DNA from: a virus
Strand: one strand, 5' to 3'
IMG/VR virus record: IMGVR_UViG_3300025030_000074
Coordinates: 1-64,000 of that record
DNA: 64,000 bases
In this document: positions 11,821-21,652 of the stretch, piece by piece
Position numbering within the stretch: position 1 is the first letter of the stretch
How the letters are laid out: the number at the start of each line of letters is the position of its first letter
The notes under the pieces: generated by a model
The model's database searches: none
What the model saw: the letters and a program-made list of their open reading frames with translations, nothing else
What the model was told of the DNA's origin: nothing
Made by a program: the position numbers and the translations under genes

Positions 11821-12192
11821 TTAAGTTTTTTCTAAATATTTAATAGATGCTCCTAATAATTGTGTATTATCTTTAAAACATCCAAGTCCTGTATTGCAAT
11901 TAGTACAAATTAGTCCTCTTACTTTTCCAGTTAAGTGGTTATGATCTACCGAAAGACTTCTTTTTAGCTGACTCTCATGTATTCCACAAATTAAACATTT
12001 TCCCTCTTGTTTGTAAAGCAATTCATAGTAATCGTCTATACTTAACCCATACTTTAGAGAAAGATGAAGTTCTCTTTTATAAGGAACCGGTTTGTAACAA
12101 TTGCCAAGGAGTTTCTTTCTAAGTTCATCCTTACTAAGCTCTATATCGGATATTGATTCAGAGACTTCTCTCAAATACTTCTTTTTATCCAT
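11821..12192 (-). CDS. endonuclease VII-type homing endonuclease
   Basis: KYGLS...QEGKCLIC...VDHNH.TGKVRGLICTNCNTGLG. Confidence 0.9.
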   Translation of the reverse strand: MDKKKYLREVSESISDIELSKDELRKKLLGNCYKPVPYKRELHLSLKYGLSIDDYYELLYKQEGKCLICGIHESQLKRSLSVDHNHLTGKVRGLICTNCNTGLGCFKDNTQLLGASIKYLEKT

Positions 12193-12217
12193 TATTTACC
12201 TTTCCACTAATAACCGG

Positions 12218-12262
12218 GCACAAGATACAAAAAAGAAATCGATTTTCCTAATATTTTGAATA
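12218..12262 (-). promoter_or_regulatory. Bacteroidota-type promoter variant (TTAGG...TATCTTGTGC) upstream of the scaffold/MCP block
   Basis: Same layout as the promoters at 23384 and 24670, with a deviant -7 box. Confidence 0.55.
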
Positions 12263-12324
12263 ATATTTTTAGTTTTAAGGATAATATTTTTAATTATTGT
12301 TTTAAGAAATAATAATATTTAAAA

Positions 12325-14697
12325 TTATCGTTTTGTCTTCTTCGCCTTATTCTTACTGTTAAGAGCAATTTGTTTCTCTTTTAACCTAGAGTCTTCTTTC
12401 TGCTTATCTCTCAGAATACGAAGTTTCTGTTCTTCAATATTTTGTTTATTCTTTATTTTTTCCCTTTCAAGAGACATCTTTTCGTCTCCTCTATCCTTTA
12501 TAGGTTCCCCTTCTTCTTCGGAACCTTTTCTTGAGTGAGCTTGAATAAGTGCCACATCTATCTTATTTCTTCTATCAAGTTCTTGGTTAGTATCTTCCCT
12601 ATCAAGTTCTCGTTCTCTTGCCTCTATCTGGGCTTGAGTAACATTTTCATTAGATTTAAGCTGTTGAGTCTGTTGTGCTTGTATCTCTTGATTTCTTTCT
12701 ACCTCAGCAGCTCTTAACTTATTCTTGATTCCAGAAAGAGATTCATTAAGATAAAGATCTATAACATTGGAAAATGAAATCTTATCATTTTGAAGTGCTG
12801 CTTGAGTGAGCTGCTTAAGCGCTTGCAAAGCTTCTTGATCTTTAGAAGCATTAGTTACAAAGACTCCAAATTCTGAATTGATAAATTCGTTTCCATCTAT
12901 AGAGAAAAAGACAGTGGACATATCATCTGACACATATTGTAACTTTTTAGTATCACCAGACCAAGTATCCTTTGCTACCTCAATAAGTCCTTCTAAAACT
13001 CTTTGCTTTGTCCAATTATGAACTTGAAACCACTTTTCAGTAATATGGCTAGATTGAACAATAGTTCTTTCTACGTTACCTACAGCTTCTCTTTCTGCTA
13101 TAGCCCCTTTTCTCTGTTTGGTAACTCCAGAGAGTTCATGAAGTTTGTCCTCTACATATTCAAGCAAAGATATGTGTCCTTGAATAGCGGTACCAGTTTC
13201 TAAATCAAGCGACTTGTTTTGAGTAGTAGAAATATTTCCCGCTAGCTTTCCTGTTGCCTGTCCTTGATTTCCTTCGTTAAAACTATCTACAAAACCAAAC
13301 TTCATTATACTTGCATAGTATAACCACTTATCTACTTCCCACCCTTTAGGAATAAGAGCAAGGTCAATAAGTGCTATCTTTCCTTGATTAGCGGCTATTA
13401 GTAACTCTGTCCTATACCAAATAGTTACATAGAGATATATCCAAGGAATTAACCTATCCATAAGAGATGTTGCTCTGGAGTTGTTAGCATTATATACAGT
13501 GCCTATTATTCCCGAACTACAAGCGGAAAGATTATCCATCCTTCTGAATTGTTGAGTTTTAGGCCTCATATTAATATAAATATCCTGACCTATCTTAGTA
13601 CCTTCCCAATACTGATTTCTCCATTTCCAGATAACCTGTTCATCCGGATTATCCTTTTGTTCCTTAAATTCTTCACTAACTATCGTTTCCTGTTGTTCAC
13701 CGTTTTCGTCTAAATAGGTTAGAAATCCTATTTTTTGCCTTGACTTCCAAATAACTTTTATTACTCTTATATTTCCACTTTCATCTAAATAACCAGATCT
13801 TGTAGATTTTGGCAACTCATCTTCAATTTTAACATAATCCTTTTCAGGTAACCTGAAAAACTGCTGCTCAAAAGGAAGTTTATCTCCTTTTAGTCCTTCT
13901 ATATCATCTACTTGTTTAGGAGTTAAATCTTCATAGAAATTATCTATTACCTTGCCAATAGGCAAATATTCCTCTATAGCAATTATATCCGCATCATCTA
14001 TTATATCTGAATCAGGAGTAAGATAATAGTAAACGTTTACAGGATTAAGTCGTTTTGCAATAGGTTCCCCCGATACTTCGGCTACTTCATAAAGTTCTTC
14101 TCCTGCTAATAGAGCATCTTCCCAACCTTTTTGAAAGATAGATTCTATGTTAAGTTGTCTTTTTAGATAGTTAAGTATATTACTAGCAAGTGTTTCTCTT
14201 ACATCTTGATACTCATAAGTGAAATACTTTTGTACCTGCTCTGGAGTTTGTTGTTCTTGACCTTCTGTCTGTTCTTGAGATAAAGATTGATATAGAAAAG
14301 AAAGCATAGTATCTTTCATGAATGTTTCCTTCTCTGAAATAGCATCTTCATTGATGGCCCGTATAATGAAGTTTAAGCCCCTTTTGGACTCCTCTCCGAA
14401 CAGCAAATTGAAAATAGGTGATGCAATGTCTCTATACTGAATATTAGCAGGAAAACTCAAATTCTCAGTTTTCAATGGCTGCAATTCTGTCTCCATATCC
14501 GCTTTATCAAAATGTCCATTATAGAGAGAATAATTTCTAATTTTATCCTGTCGAGATGACCTTCTTGAAGTTGCATCTAATGTTATCAACCTAATTCCTG
14601 CTTCCACACATTCTTTTCTCCACTTTTCTGTTTTCCTATTCTTAGAGAGTTTCTGCCGGGGCAATCCTCCTTGTGGGGTGTTGTTTAATTCTATCAT
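12325..14697 (-). CDS. portal protein
   Basis: 790 aa between TerL and scaffold. LPRQKL N-terminus, NYSLYNG, YWEGTKIG and SGVTKQRKG are crAss portal-like motifs. Confidence 0.9.
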   Translation of the reverse strand: MIELNNTPQGGLPRQKLSKNRKTEKWRKECVEAGIRLITLDATSRRSSRQDKIRNYSLYNGHFDKADMETELQPLKTENLSFPANIQYRDIASPIFNLLFGEESKRGLNFIIRAINEDAISEKETFMKDTMLSFLYQSLSQEQTEGQEQQTPEQVQKYFTYEYQDVRETLASNILNYLKRQLNIESIFQKGWEDALLAGEELYEVAEVSGEPIAKRLNPVNVYYYLTPDSDIIDDADIIAIEEYLPIGKVIDNFYEDLTPKQVDDIEGLKGDKLPFEQQFFRLPEKDYVKIEDELPKSTRSGYLDESGNIRVIKVIWKSRQKIGFLTYLDENGEQQETIVSEEFKEQKDNPDEQVIWKWRNQYWEGTKIGQDIYINMRPKTQQFRRMDNLSACSSGIIGTVYNANNSRATSLMDRLIPWIYLYVTIWYRTELLIAANQGKIALIDLALIPKGWEVDKWLYYASIMKFGFVDSFNEGNQGQATGKLAGNISTTQNKSLDLETGTAIQGHISLLEYVEDKLHELSGVTKQRKGAIAEREAVGNVERTIVQSSHITEKWFQVHNWTKQRVLEGLIEVAKDTWSGDTKKLQYVSDDMSTVFFSIDGNEFINSEFGVFVTNASKDQEALQALKQLTQAALQNDKISFSNVIDLYLNESLSGIKNKLRAAEVERNQEIQAQQTQQLKSNENVTQAQIEARERELDREDTNQELDRRNKIDVALIQAHSRKGSEEEGEPIKDRGDEKMSLEREKIKNKQNIEEQKLRILRDKQKEDSRLKEKQIALNSKNKAKKTKR

Positions 14698-14705
14698 TTT
14701 TATAT

Positions 14706-15398
14706 TTAAGTTATTTCTTTTATAATTCTATTTCCTTTTTTTCTATTTTCTTCTATAGTTAGAGGTTGCAAATTAGAATAATGGAAACACTTGTTTTGTT
14801 GTTCCGCATCAGAAAAATCAAACTTGCTACAAGGAATTATATGATCTATTTCCCAATAACTTGCATAGTTATACCAAGTCATACCTGTTTGAAATTGACT
14901 TTCAATATAATATTTCAAAACTTCGGAACTACATCCCAGTAGATATAATGTTTTTTTAGATTTTAAGTTTCCTTTAATCGCTTTATACAGTCTACTTCTT
15001 AGATTCGATAATATTTTAAACGCAATATCTTTTTTTAATCTCTCTTTTCTATATCTTATAACACATTTCATTATTCTCTTTTTATGTTTGAGATAATATC
15101 TTCTACTTCTTTCTTTTCTTTTTCCCGTTCCCTTTATCTTTTTTTGATACTCTTTACTGTAATTTGGATATTTTTCTTTATAATTTTGACGATATTTTTT
15201 TATTTTATTTGGGTTTTTCTTTCTCCATTTTTTGTTTCGAGCATTTATCCCATCCTTATTTTTTATCCTATACTTTCCAGCTTGTTCTATTTTGCATTTT
15301 TTACATTGCCTACTAAAATACCCGCTTACAATATAGAACTTTTCTATAAATTTTTCTTCCTTACATTTACTACATATTCTATTCATTATACATATCAA
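14706..15398 (-). CDS. HNH homing endonuclease
   Basis: N-terminal CxxC..CxxC; LRSRL...LGCS...WEIDHIIP...CFHYSNLQPL..EN..K. Start overlaps the TerL stop. Confidence 0.85.
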   Translation of the reverse strand: MICIMNRICSKCKEEKFIEKFYIVSGYFSRQCKKCKIEQAGKYRIKNKDGINARNKKWRKKNPNKIKKYRQNYKEKYPNYSKEYQKKIKGTGKRKERSRRYYLKHKKRIMKCVIRYRKERLKKDIAFKILSNLRSRLYKAIKGNLKSKKTLYLLGCSSEVLKYYIESQFQTGMTWYNYASYWEIDHIIPCSKFDFSDAEQQNKCFHYSNLQPLTIEENRKKGNRIIKEIT

Positions 15399-17359
15399 AA
15401 GTTATTTGATTCAAAAATCCTTTTATCTAAATTCTGCTTTTTAAATAGATTTCTTTTCCAAAAAGGATCATCTAGAATCGTCTTTGGTTCTTCAACTTTC
15501 TTAACTATCTGCTTTCTTGTCTCGGCTTCGTGATATAGTACACAAATCAACGCCATCACCCTGTCCGCATTCAAATCTTCTCTATAAGCAATAAGTTCTT
15601 TAAGTAAAGGAATAGAACGAATTTTTTGAAGATTCATGGTTCCATCACCCCTATCTTCTATTAAAAAATTGTAAATAAGTTCCTCTCCATATTCCTTTAA
15701 TCCCTTTGTCATATGCATTCCCTTATACCTGTTTACCCTGGAATCTCTTATTATGTCCTTTATAATCTCCGGTTCATCAGCTAAGAGATAAAGACAAAAC
15801 TTGCTTTCAAAATAGTCGAAGATTCCCTTCTTCTCATTTTCGTATAGGGCTTGGCAATTATAGAAAAGAAGTAACCTTCTTGCATTTTCATAGTATTCTT
15901 TTGCCGTATTAGGTCTTCCTGTATATTCAGCAACGATGGTTTTATTTATCTTATCATAAATAAGTGTTGATCCTAAAGAAGATGTTTGGGAGCTATCGTG
16001 ATCGTATGGATCGATTCCACCAAGATACATCCCATAAGGAACCTTTCCTTCTTCATTGGTGTAGGGCATATTATATATGACCACACATCCATCTGAGGCT
16101 TGATTTACTCTTAAAGGAAAATCTACTATTGGATATAATTTTGGATCTTCTTTCCAGGTTATCTTTCCTCCCTCATTTATCAGAAGGTTTCCTATATAAT
16201 CTGCCCCTTTTATCTTTTCATTAGCCTCTAAATATCCTAATCTATGCTTTAAATCCACTATAGGAAATCTATTGGTGACAGAAAGATAAAGACTTTCCGA
16301 AGGACCAAAAGGATGTTCTATCATCCTAGATATCAATGCAGACTTATCCTTAGATTTCCTAGCAATAGAATCTCTTATTGCCTGTTCGTGAATACGAGCC
16401 TTTTCTCTATCAGAATTTCCTTCTTCATCAATGAATCCTAACTTATTTTGATAGTCGGGAAAAAAGAATCCGCATTTTCTTGTATCTTCCTCCCATACAT
16501 TATCGAAAGGAAGAACATTATAAAGTTCGGGATTATAGTATATCTCACTTACATCTTGTAACCCCTCACCAATCTGACCTCCGGTGCCTCCAAGAATTAT
16601 CAATCCCGTAGTATAAATCCCATCTTCTACAGTATCTTTTGTAGCAAGATAACTTGCCATAAGATTTGACCAAGTTCCAATTTCCTCAAAAATTATTAAA
16701 GACGCATCTTTTCCCCGAGCGCTGTCCGGATTATCGTTAAAAGTTAAAGCTATAACTTGGGATTGGTATCCCTTCTCAATCTTCATTCCATCCTTTTCTT
16801 GAAGATATCCGGACTTCTTATGTGATCCAGTGTCAACGATTCTTTTCTTAGCCCAACCAGTGTGTTCATTTAAGAAGTTTAGTTGGCTAATAGTCATAGA
16901 CATAGTACCTTCCGGATACAAGTATTTCTTAGAGGACGCTCCTATGAGAGTAACTGACTTTCTCATAGAATTGTATCTGTTTGCACAGATAGCGGACGTC
17001 TTCCATGAGAAGCCCCGTCTTCTGGCTTTTAACAAGCAGATATGTTTACCTTCTTGCTCCGCCCTTTCTATGATATTAAAATATTCATAGTCTCCGTCCC
17101 AAAAATTTGGAAAAGCTTCTGTCTTTCTCTTTATGAGAGCATCATCTTCATCAGTAAGCATTATTCTGCAGAAATTAAGGTAAAAATAGTGGTTACCTGT
17201 AATACGTTTTCCACCAACGGAATAACCTTCCTTACATCTTCTTAATTGCTCATTCCAGTATGTATGCCAATTTGGACTATCAAAAGGATCTCCTATATAG
17301 AAACCTTGCTTCTTAAAGGCAGCAGCTTCCGTACAGAATAAATTTGAATTAGTCCACAT
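15395..17359 (-). CDS. terL: terminase large subunit
   Basis: Walker A-like KARRRGFS, Walker B IIFEEIG, coupling motif GTGG, nuclease GIDPYD...DRVMAL. Confidence 0.95.
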   Translation of the reverse strand: MWTNSNLFCTEAAAFKKQGFYIGDPFDSPNWHTYWNEQLRRCKEGYSVGGKRITGNHYFYLNFCRIMLTDEDDALIKRKTEAFPNFWDGDYEYFNIIERAEQEGKHICLLKARRRGFSWKTSAICANRYNSMRKSVTLIGASSKKYLYPEGTMSMTISQLNFLNEHTGWAKKRIVDTGSHKKSGYLQEKDGMKIEKGYQSQVIALTFNDNPDSARGKDASLIIFEEIGTWSNLMASYLATKDTVEDGIYTTGLIILGGTGGQIGEGLQDVSEIYYNPELYNVLPFDNVWEEDTRKCGFFFPDYQNKLGFIDEEGNSDREKARIHEQAIRDSIARKSKDKSALISRMIEHPFGPSESLYLSVTNRFPIVDLKHRLGYLEANEKIKGADYIGNLLINEGGKITWKEDPKLYPIVDFPLRVNQASDGCVVIYNMPYTNEEGKVPYGMYLGGIDPYDHDSSQTSSLGSTLIYDKINKTIVAEYTGRPNTAKEYYENARRLLLFYNCQALYENEKKGIFDYFESKFCLYLLADEPEIIKDIIRDSRVNRYKGMHMTKGLKEYGEELIYNFLIEDRGDGTMNLQKIRSIPLLKELIAYREDLNADRVMALICVLYHEAETRKQIVKKVEEPKTILDDPFWKRNLFKKQNLDKRIFESNNF

Positions 17360-17366
17360 CTCTTAC

Positions 17367-17915
17367 CTATACCTCAAATGGGTTAATTTGGCTCTTTCCT
17401 CTTGCCATATCACTCTCATATATTTCAACTTTTATCTTTGCTTTCAACTTGTCTATACTATCCACAATTCCTCCAGCATCTTTAGCACACCTTGTAACTA
17501 TCTCTGGTTTATAAATAGGAACTCCTTTGGAATCTCTCTCCTTAAAGTTAACATTATTGAAATAGTCTGTCATGTTTACCATAGCATTCTTTACTGATTC
17601 AAGGAAATCCATAGTAGGAGTATTTTGTAACTCTTTATACTTTTTTATTCCTGCCTCACAGTATTTACTTAACTTTATTATTCTATTGCTGTCATGCTTA
17701 CTTAAATCATTTCTTAACCTTTCCTTTCTTTCCTCTTCAGGATAAGACTGATAGACGGAGTTATAATCACACATGAAGTAAATATATCCCAGTTCCCTTA
17801 TAGCAAACTCCTTCTTTGCAGAATTGTCTCTGTTCCAAATATCAGCAAAAGCTTTTATTAGTAATGCTTCGGGAGTTACTGTTACTTTACCATTTTCTAT
17901 TTTGAATAAATTCAT
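17367..17915 (-). CDS. conserved protein upstream of TerL (terminase small subunit candidate)
   Basis: 182-aa helical protein immediately upstream of terL. Confidence 0.45.
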   Translation of the reverse strand: MNLFKIENGKVTVTPEALLIKAFADIWNRDNSAKKEFAIRELGYIYFMCDYNSVYQSYPEEERKERLRNDLSKHDSNRIIKLSKYCEAGIKKYKELQNTPTMDFLESVKNAMVNMTDYFNNVNFKERDSKGVPIYKPEIVTRCAKDAGGIVDSIDKLKAKIKVEIYESDMARGKSQINPFEV

Positions 17916-18145
17916 TATCCTTCCCTAAGAGTATTCCATATTCTATTTATCTCAAACTTAAACTCTTTCTTTGTAACGTATTTGTAATCTTCTGTCACAT
18001 CTTCTTTTAACAAAGTAGTATTAGAAGAAGTGGGACCAGAAGGAATTTCTTCCATATAGTTTCCAAGCCAATCTCTAACCTTAATCTTTTGTTTACCTTG
18101 AATATAAGGACATGCCTCAAGAGCCTCAATAAATTTTCTATCCAT
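17915..18145 (-). CDS. hypothetical protein
   Basis: Stop/start overlaps with both neighbours. Confidence 0.6.
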   Translation of the reverse strand: MDRKFIEALEACPYIQGKQKIKVRDWLGNYMEEIPSGPTSSNTTLLKEDVTEDYKYVTKKEFKFEINRIWNTLREG

Positions 18146-18546
18146 TATTTTACTATACTTAATACTTCCACATCTTCCGGAATACGACTCTTCTTAACCT
18201 TTTCTGCTATCTCTTTTTCTGCCTTTTCGTCTTGCTTTTTCTTAAATTCCTTGCTTACAATTCCCAGGATATCGTTTTCCCACACCTGAATATGGTTATC
18301 TGAAATCAAATCTATTATCTTAGGCCTAGCGTTAGGACTTATTAAAATGTGATCTCCAACCTTAACAAATTGACATTTTTCACCAACAGCTACAACAGTA
18401 CAAATTCTTTCTTGTTTCTGCGCCTGTTCTGGAATAAGTATTCCTCTAGCCGTTCTATCTTGTCTTATAAACTCAAATACTACTTCCTCTTTGAGAGGTG
18501 TATATATATCTGATAATTTTATCTCTTCTAAATTACTTTTTAACAT
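18145..18546 (-). CDS. groES: GroES-like co-chaperonin
   Basis: PL...V, TARGILIPE, VVAVG...VKVGDHIL, ENDILGIV. Confidence 0.85.
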   Translation of the reverse strand: MLKSNLEEIKLSDIYTPLKEEVVFEFIRQDRTARGILIPEQAQKQERICTVVAVGEKCQFVKVGDHILISPNARPKIIDLISDNHIQVWENDILGIVSKEFKKKQDEKAEKEIAEKVKKSRIPEDVEVLSIVK

Positions 18547-18835
18547 ATTTTTCCTTCCTTGATTTTTTATCTTTGTTAATAAATGTTCTTCCCTTAGTAC
18601 GGGAAATCCAAATAGGAAGTTTATCCGCTCCTATCATTACTTTCCCATCTTCACTAGTTAAAGGAACTAGTACAGAGGATACATGAAACATATCACCTTT
18701 AAGATATTGTTTTATTCCCTTTTTAACTATTCTTTGTCTTTTCTTGTATTGTTCAAAACTTTCACCTTTTAACCTTTCGGGATTTATGGGTATTGTTGTT
18801 GTACCCATATCCAGTAACGGCTTTGAGTTTTCCAT
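18533..18835 (-). CDS. hypothetical protein
   Basis: Overlapping operon ORF with PERLKGESFEQYKKR. Confidence 0.6.
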   Translation of the reverse strand: MENSKPLLDMGTTTIPINPERLKGESFEQYKKRQRIVKKGIKQYLKGDMFHVSSVLVPLTSEDGKVMIGADKLPIWISRTKGRTFINKDKKSRKEKYVKK

Positions 18836-19118
18836 AATTTTCTTTTAAATCTTTTATATATTCGTACTTATGCTTTAAGAATATTCTTCCCATCTCACAA
18901 TGATGAATAGCACATTGATTCTTATAAACGTTTCCCTTTCTATTTACAGTCTCTACAACAGCCATAACATCTCTCATATTCAAAAATATTCTAGAAGGAA
19001 TATCCGACTTTATAATAGTAAAACTTCCGTCAGGATTATCCTTTGTAAGATCTATAAGTATTGTTAATTCTACTCCCTCCATACTATCTTTTCCATTTGT
19101 GCAAAGGACACTTTTCAT
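18762..19118 (-). CDS. hypothetical protein (start possibly at MEGVEL)
   Basis: Overlapping operon ORF. Confidence 0.5.
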   Translation of the reverse strand: MKSVLCTNGKDSMEGVELTILIDLTKDNPDGSFTIIKSDIPSRIFLNMRDVMAVVETVNRKGNVYKNQCAIHHCEMGRIFLKHKYEYIKDLKENYGKLKAVTGYGYNNNTHKSRKVKR

Positions 19119-19299
19119 CCAGAGATCTTATTTTACTGGGCAGTAAACAAGCACATTCTATACATATATTAAGTTTGTTGCTGTTGCAATTCGCACATTT
19201 TATCTCTCTTTCCATCGCTATTTCCTCCACTTCCTTGTTTTTCCATATTAAGTTTTTCCAACCATCTTTTATGGACTTTATATTTTCCTCTATATTCAT
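19084..19299 (-). CDS. small Cys-rich (Zn-binding) protein
   Basis: CANC...CIECAC..SK.R....CP..KW. Confidence 0.7.
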   Translation of the reverse strand: MNIEENIKSIKDGWKNLIWKNKEVEEIAMEREIKCANCNSNKLNICIECACLLPSKIRSLDEKCPLHKWKR

Positions 19300-19507
19300 A
19301 AGGCGTCTTTCTTCCGAAGGTTCCTAAATTTATAAGTTTTACGGCCTCTTTCTTTGATTTTGCTGTTTTAACTATCTTAAACTGACTCCAAATTATTTCT
19401 CTTACAGTGAGAGGTTTAAGTTTAAACTCCTTTGCTACCTCTTTAACCAAATTTTCTAGTTCTTTTTCAAACTTATGAACATATTTAACTTTAACTTTAG
19501 CTAACAT
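19169..19507 (-). CDS. HU/IHF-like DNA-binding protein
   Basis: LVKEVAKEF...V..II.SQF...VKLINLGTF. Syntenic with the crAss IHF-like gene. Confidence 0.65.
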   Translation of the reverse strand: MLAKVKVKYVHKFEKELENLVKEVAKEFKLKPLTVREIIWSQFKIVKTAKSKKEAVKLINLGTFGRKTPYEYRGKYKVHKRWLEKLNMEKQGSGGNSDGKRDKMCELQQQQT

Positions 19508-19853
19508 CTATTCGGTATTCTATGTTTATTGATTCCCCTTCTCTTGGTAGATGATCAGATATAATTTTTGATACCGTATTTTTAGTTAAAATACCTTTAC
19601 GTCTTAGTTGTAGAATATGATTATTCATAGATTGAGTACTCATAGCCGGTACCATACTATTTCTTATAGCCTTCCTTACATTTCTAGAACGAAATAGTTC
19701 TTCTACTTCTTTCTTGTTTCTGTTAGCCGAATAAAGTATAAGTATCTTCTCTAAGAACTCTCTTTCTCTTGGCTTTAATCCTAACACTGGATTGAGAGTT
19801 TTTATAAAAGTCTTATAAAATTCGTCTCTTTTAACTTTTATTGGTACAATCAT
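19497..19853 (-). CDS. winged-helix DNA-binding protein
   Basis: LKPRERE...MSTQSMNNHILQLRRKGIL is HTH-like. Confidence 0.6.
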   Translation of the reverse strand: MIVPIKVKRDEFYKTFIKTLNPVLGLKPREREFLEKILILYSANRNKKEVEELFRSRNVRKAIRNSMVPAMSTQSMNNHILQLRRKGILTKNTVSKIISDHLPREGESINIEYRIDVS

Positions 19854-20737
19854 TATTTGTTATCCATATATAGAATAGATACTTTTCTATCTACTATCCT
19901 TCCCAAAATATCATAGTACAAAATTTTCCCATTATTATTTACCTTTTCTAATTCCACTTCTATTGCGATTATATTAGAATAGGTATATTTTCCATCATAG
20001 TCGGTTTGTCTTAATCTGTAATAATTTATTCCATTAACAGAATTTTTATCTATATAGAAATAGAAAGATTTCTGATAAGAATTTCCTTGTCCCGGAATAT
20101 TTGAAATCCTTTTGAATAGATTTCCGTCTTCTGTACTTTCTATAGTGAAATAAGCATTATTCTGTTCGGAACCTGTTGTCCACCATAAAAATATACTTCC
20201 ATCTACCGACTCTTTTCCTTTAAACTCTATGAGTTTTATAGGTAAAGGTATAGTTCCTCTCTCGTAGTAATAAGGACAGAAATCAGTAAATCCTATACAT
20301 CCAGGTCCTCCTCCCGTAGTACTTGCAGACATACAAAAAGTATATTGGGTACCAGGAAGTAAGTTTCCAAAAGATAATCCGGTTCCTATCTGAACACAAG
20401 CAGGTGAAAAAAGACGAAAACTTCCAAAAGAATAAACTGCACATCCTTGTCCAGCCCATCCTGAATTTATATCTACAGAATCCGTAGTTGGAGTAAAAGT
20501 CCAACAAACAGTCGGAGTTTTTCCATAACTCTTTGGATTACAATATCCGTTATCTTGTAACCACTGATAGTCCAAAGACTCATTGGTGGTTACCTTCATT
20601 GGTCCGTCTGGTGAAGCACAAGAACCAGCTTTAGCAACTGCTGAATCTGAATAATTTAAAACCCTTGAATCTGAACTTGTCTGACATAAAGAAGATAAAG
20701 ATAATATTGTAAATAGTATGATTATATTGTTTCTCAT
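19853..20737 (-). CDS. secreted protein with a Bacteroidota T9SS-cargo-type Ig-like domain
   Basis: Signal peptide and Cys-rich domain. Then PLPIKLIEFKG...WTTGSEQNN..F.IE...YYRLRQTDYDG..TYS and a CTD-like YYDILGRIV. Confidence 0.8.
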   Translation of the reverse strand: MRNNIIILFTILSLSSLCQTSSDSRVLNYSDSAVAKAGSCASPDGPMKVTTNESLDYQWLQDNGYCNPKSYGKTPTVCWTFTPTTDSVDINSGWAGQGCAVYSFGSFRLFSPACVQIGTGLSFGNLLPGTQYTFCMSASTTGGGPGCIGFTDFCPYYYERGTIPLPIKLIEFKGKESVDGSIFLWWTTGSEQNNAYFTIESTEDGNLFKRISNIPGQGNSYQKSFYFYIDKNSVNGINYYRLRQTDYDGKYTYSNIIAIEVELEKVNNNGKILYYDILGRIVDRKVSILYMDNK

Positions 20738-20747
20738 ATGTATTTAT

Positions 20748-21386
20748 TTAAGTTTCAAATAAAGAGGTTTGGGACTGAACTATTTTTAAACGTTTTTCTG
20801 AATCCTCAAAATAATCAGCATCTATTTCTGTTCCGGTTAAATCAAAGCCTTCTTTGTATGCCGCTATTGATGAACTTCCACTCCCTAAATGAGTATCTAA
20901 AATCAAATCTCCTTCTTTGGCATAGTTCTTTAATATCCACCTATATAAATCTATAGGCTTCTCCGTAGGATGAATTTTATTTTGTGTAAGTAGTTTTCCT
21001 CTAGAATAGTTAAACACTCTTACTGAACTATCAAAACTTGTCCAAGCAAGTTCTGCATCTGCAAAACTAAAACCTCTTTGTCCTTTATCCCATATTAACC
21101 AACATCTACTTGGAAATAAATATTGAGTAAAGTAATTGCCACCCCAGATTATCTGATTCTCAGATACTCGCATCAACTCTTTAAAATATCCTTCGGTTGG
21201 TATAGAACTATCCCATTCCTTATGCTTCCAAGCTCTGTAACCATTCTTTCTGCAAGTTTGTCCCTTAATGGCCAACTCTTGCGAAGTTGATATTCCATAA
21301 GGCGGATCAACAATGGCAAGATCAAACTTTTTATCTGCACAAGTTTTCATATACTTCATGCAGTCTATATTCATCAGTTTAATCAC
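20748..21386 (-). CDS. DNA amino-methyltransferase (beta class, DPPY)
   Basis: IVDPPY, HPTEKP, LDTHLGSGS. Confidence 0.9.
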   Translation of the reverse strand: MIKLMNIDCMKYMKTCADKKFDLAIVDPPYGISTSQELAIKGQTCRKNGYRAWKHKEWDSSIPTEGYFKELMRVSENQIIWGGNYFTQYLFPSRCWLIWDKGQRGFSFADAELAWTSFDSSVRVFNYSRGKLLTQNKIHPTEKPIDLYRWILKNYAKEGDLILDTHLGSGSSSIAAYKEGFDLTGTEIDADYFEDSEKRLKIVQSQTSLFET

Positions 21387-21652
21387 GGCTTAAGATTAAT
21401 TTTAACTTCTTCCTCCTCAATAAGCTGTACAATATTGTATCTGTTAAAGAACTCTTTTACAATTTTGTCTTTTAAAAGTTCTAATGCCTCCTCCGAATCT
21501 CTTGCAGGAATCTCATATATTGTCCCATATATCTCCCTGTTCTTTGTAACCTTGAAACTAAACCTCCCGGATTTCTTAGTCTTCTTTTCTTTATTTTCCT
21601 TATTTTCCCCCTCCTTCTTAGAAAAAAGAAAATTAGCTATCTTCTTTAACAT
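21383..21652 (-). CDS. hypothetical protein
   Basis: Overlaps both MTase genes. Confidence 0.55.
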   Translation of the reverse strand: MLKKIANFLFSKKEGENKENKEKKTKKSGRFSFKVTKNREIYGTIYEIPARDSEEALELLKDKIVKEFFNRYNIVQLIEEEEVKINLKP

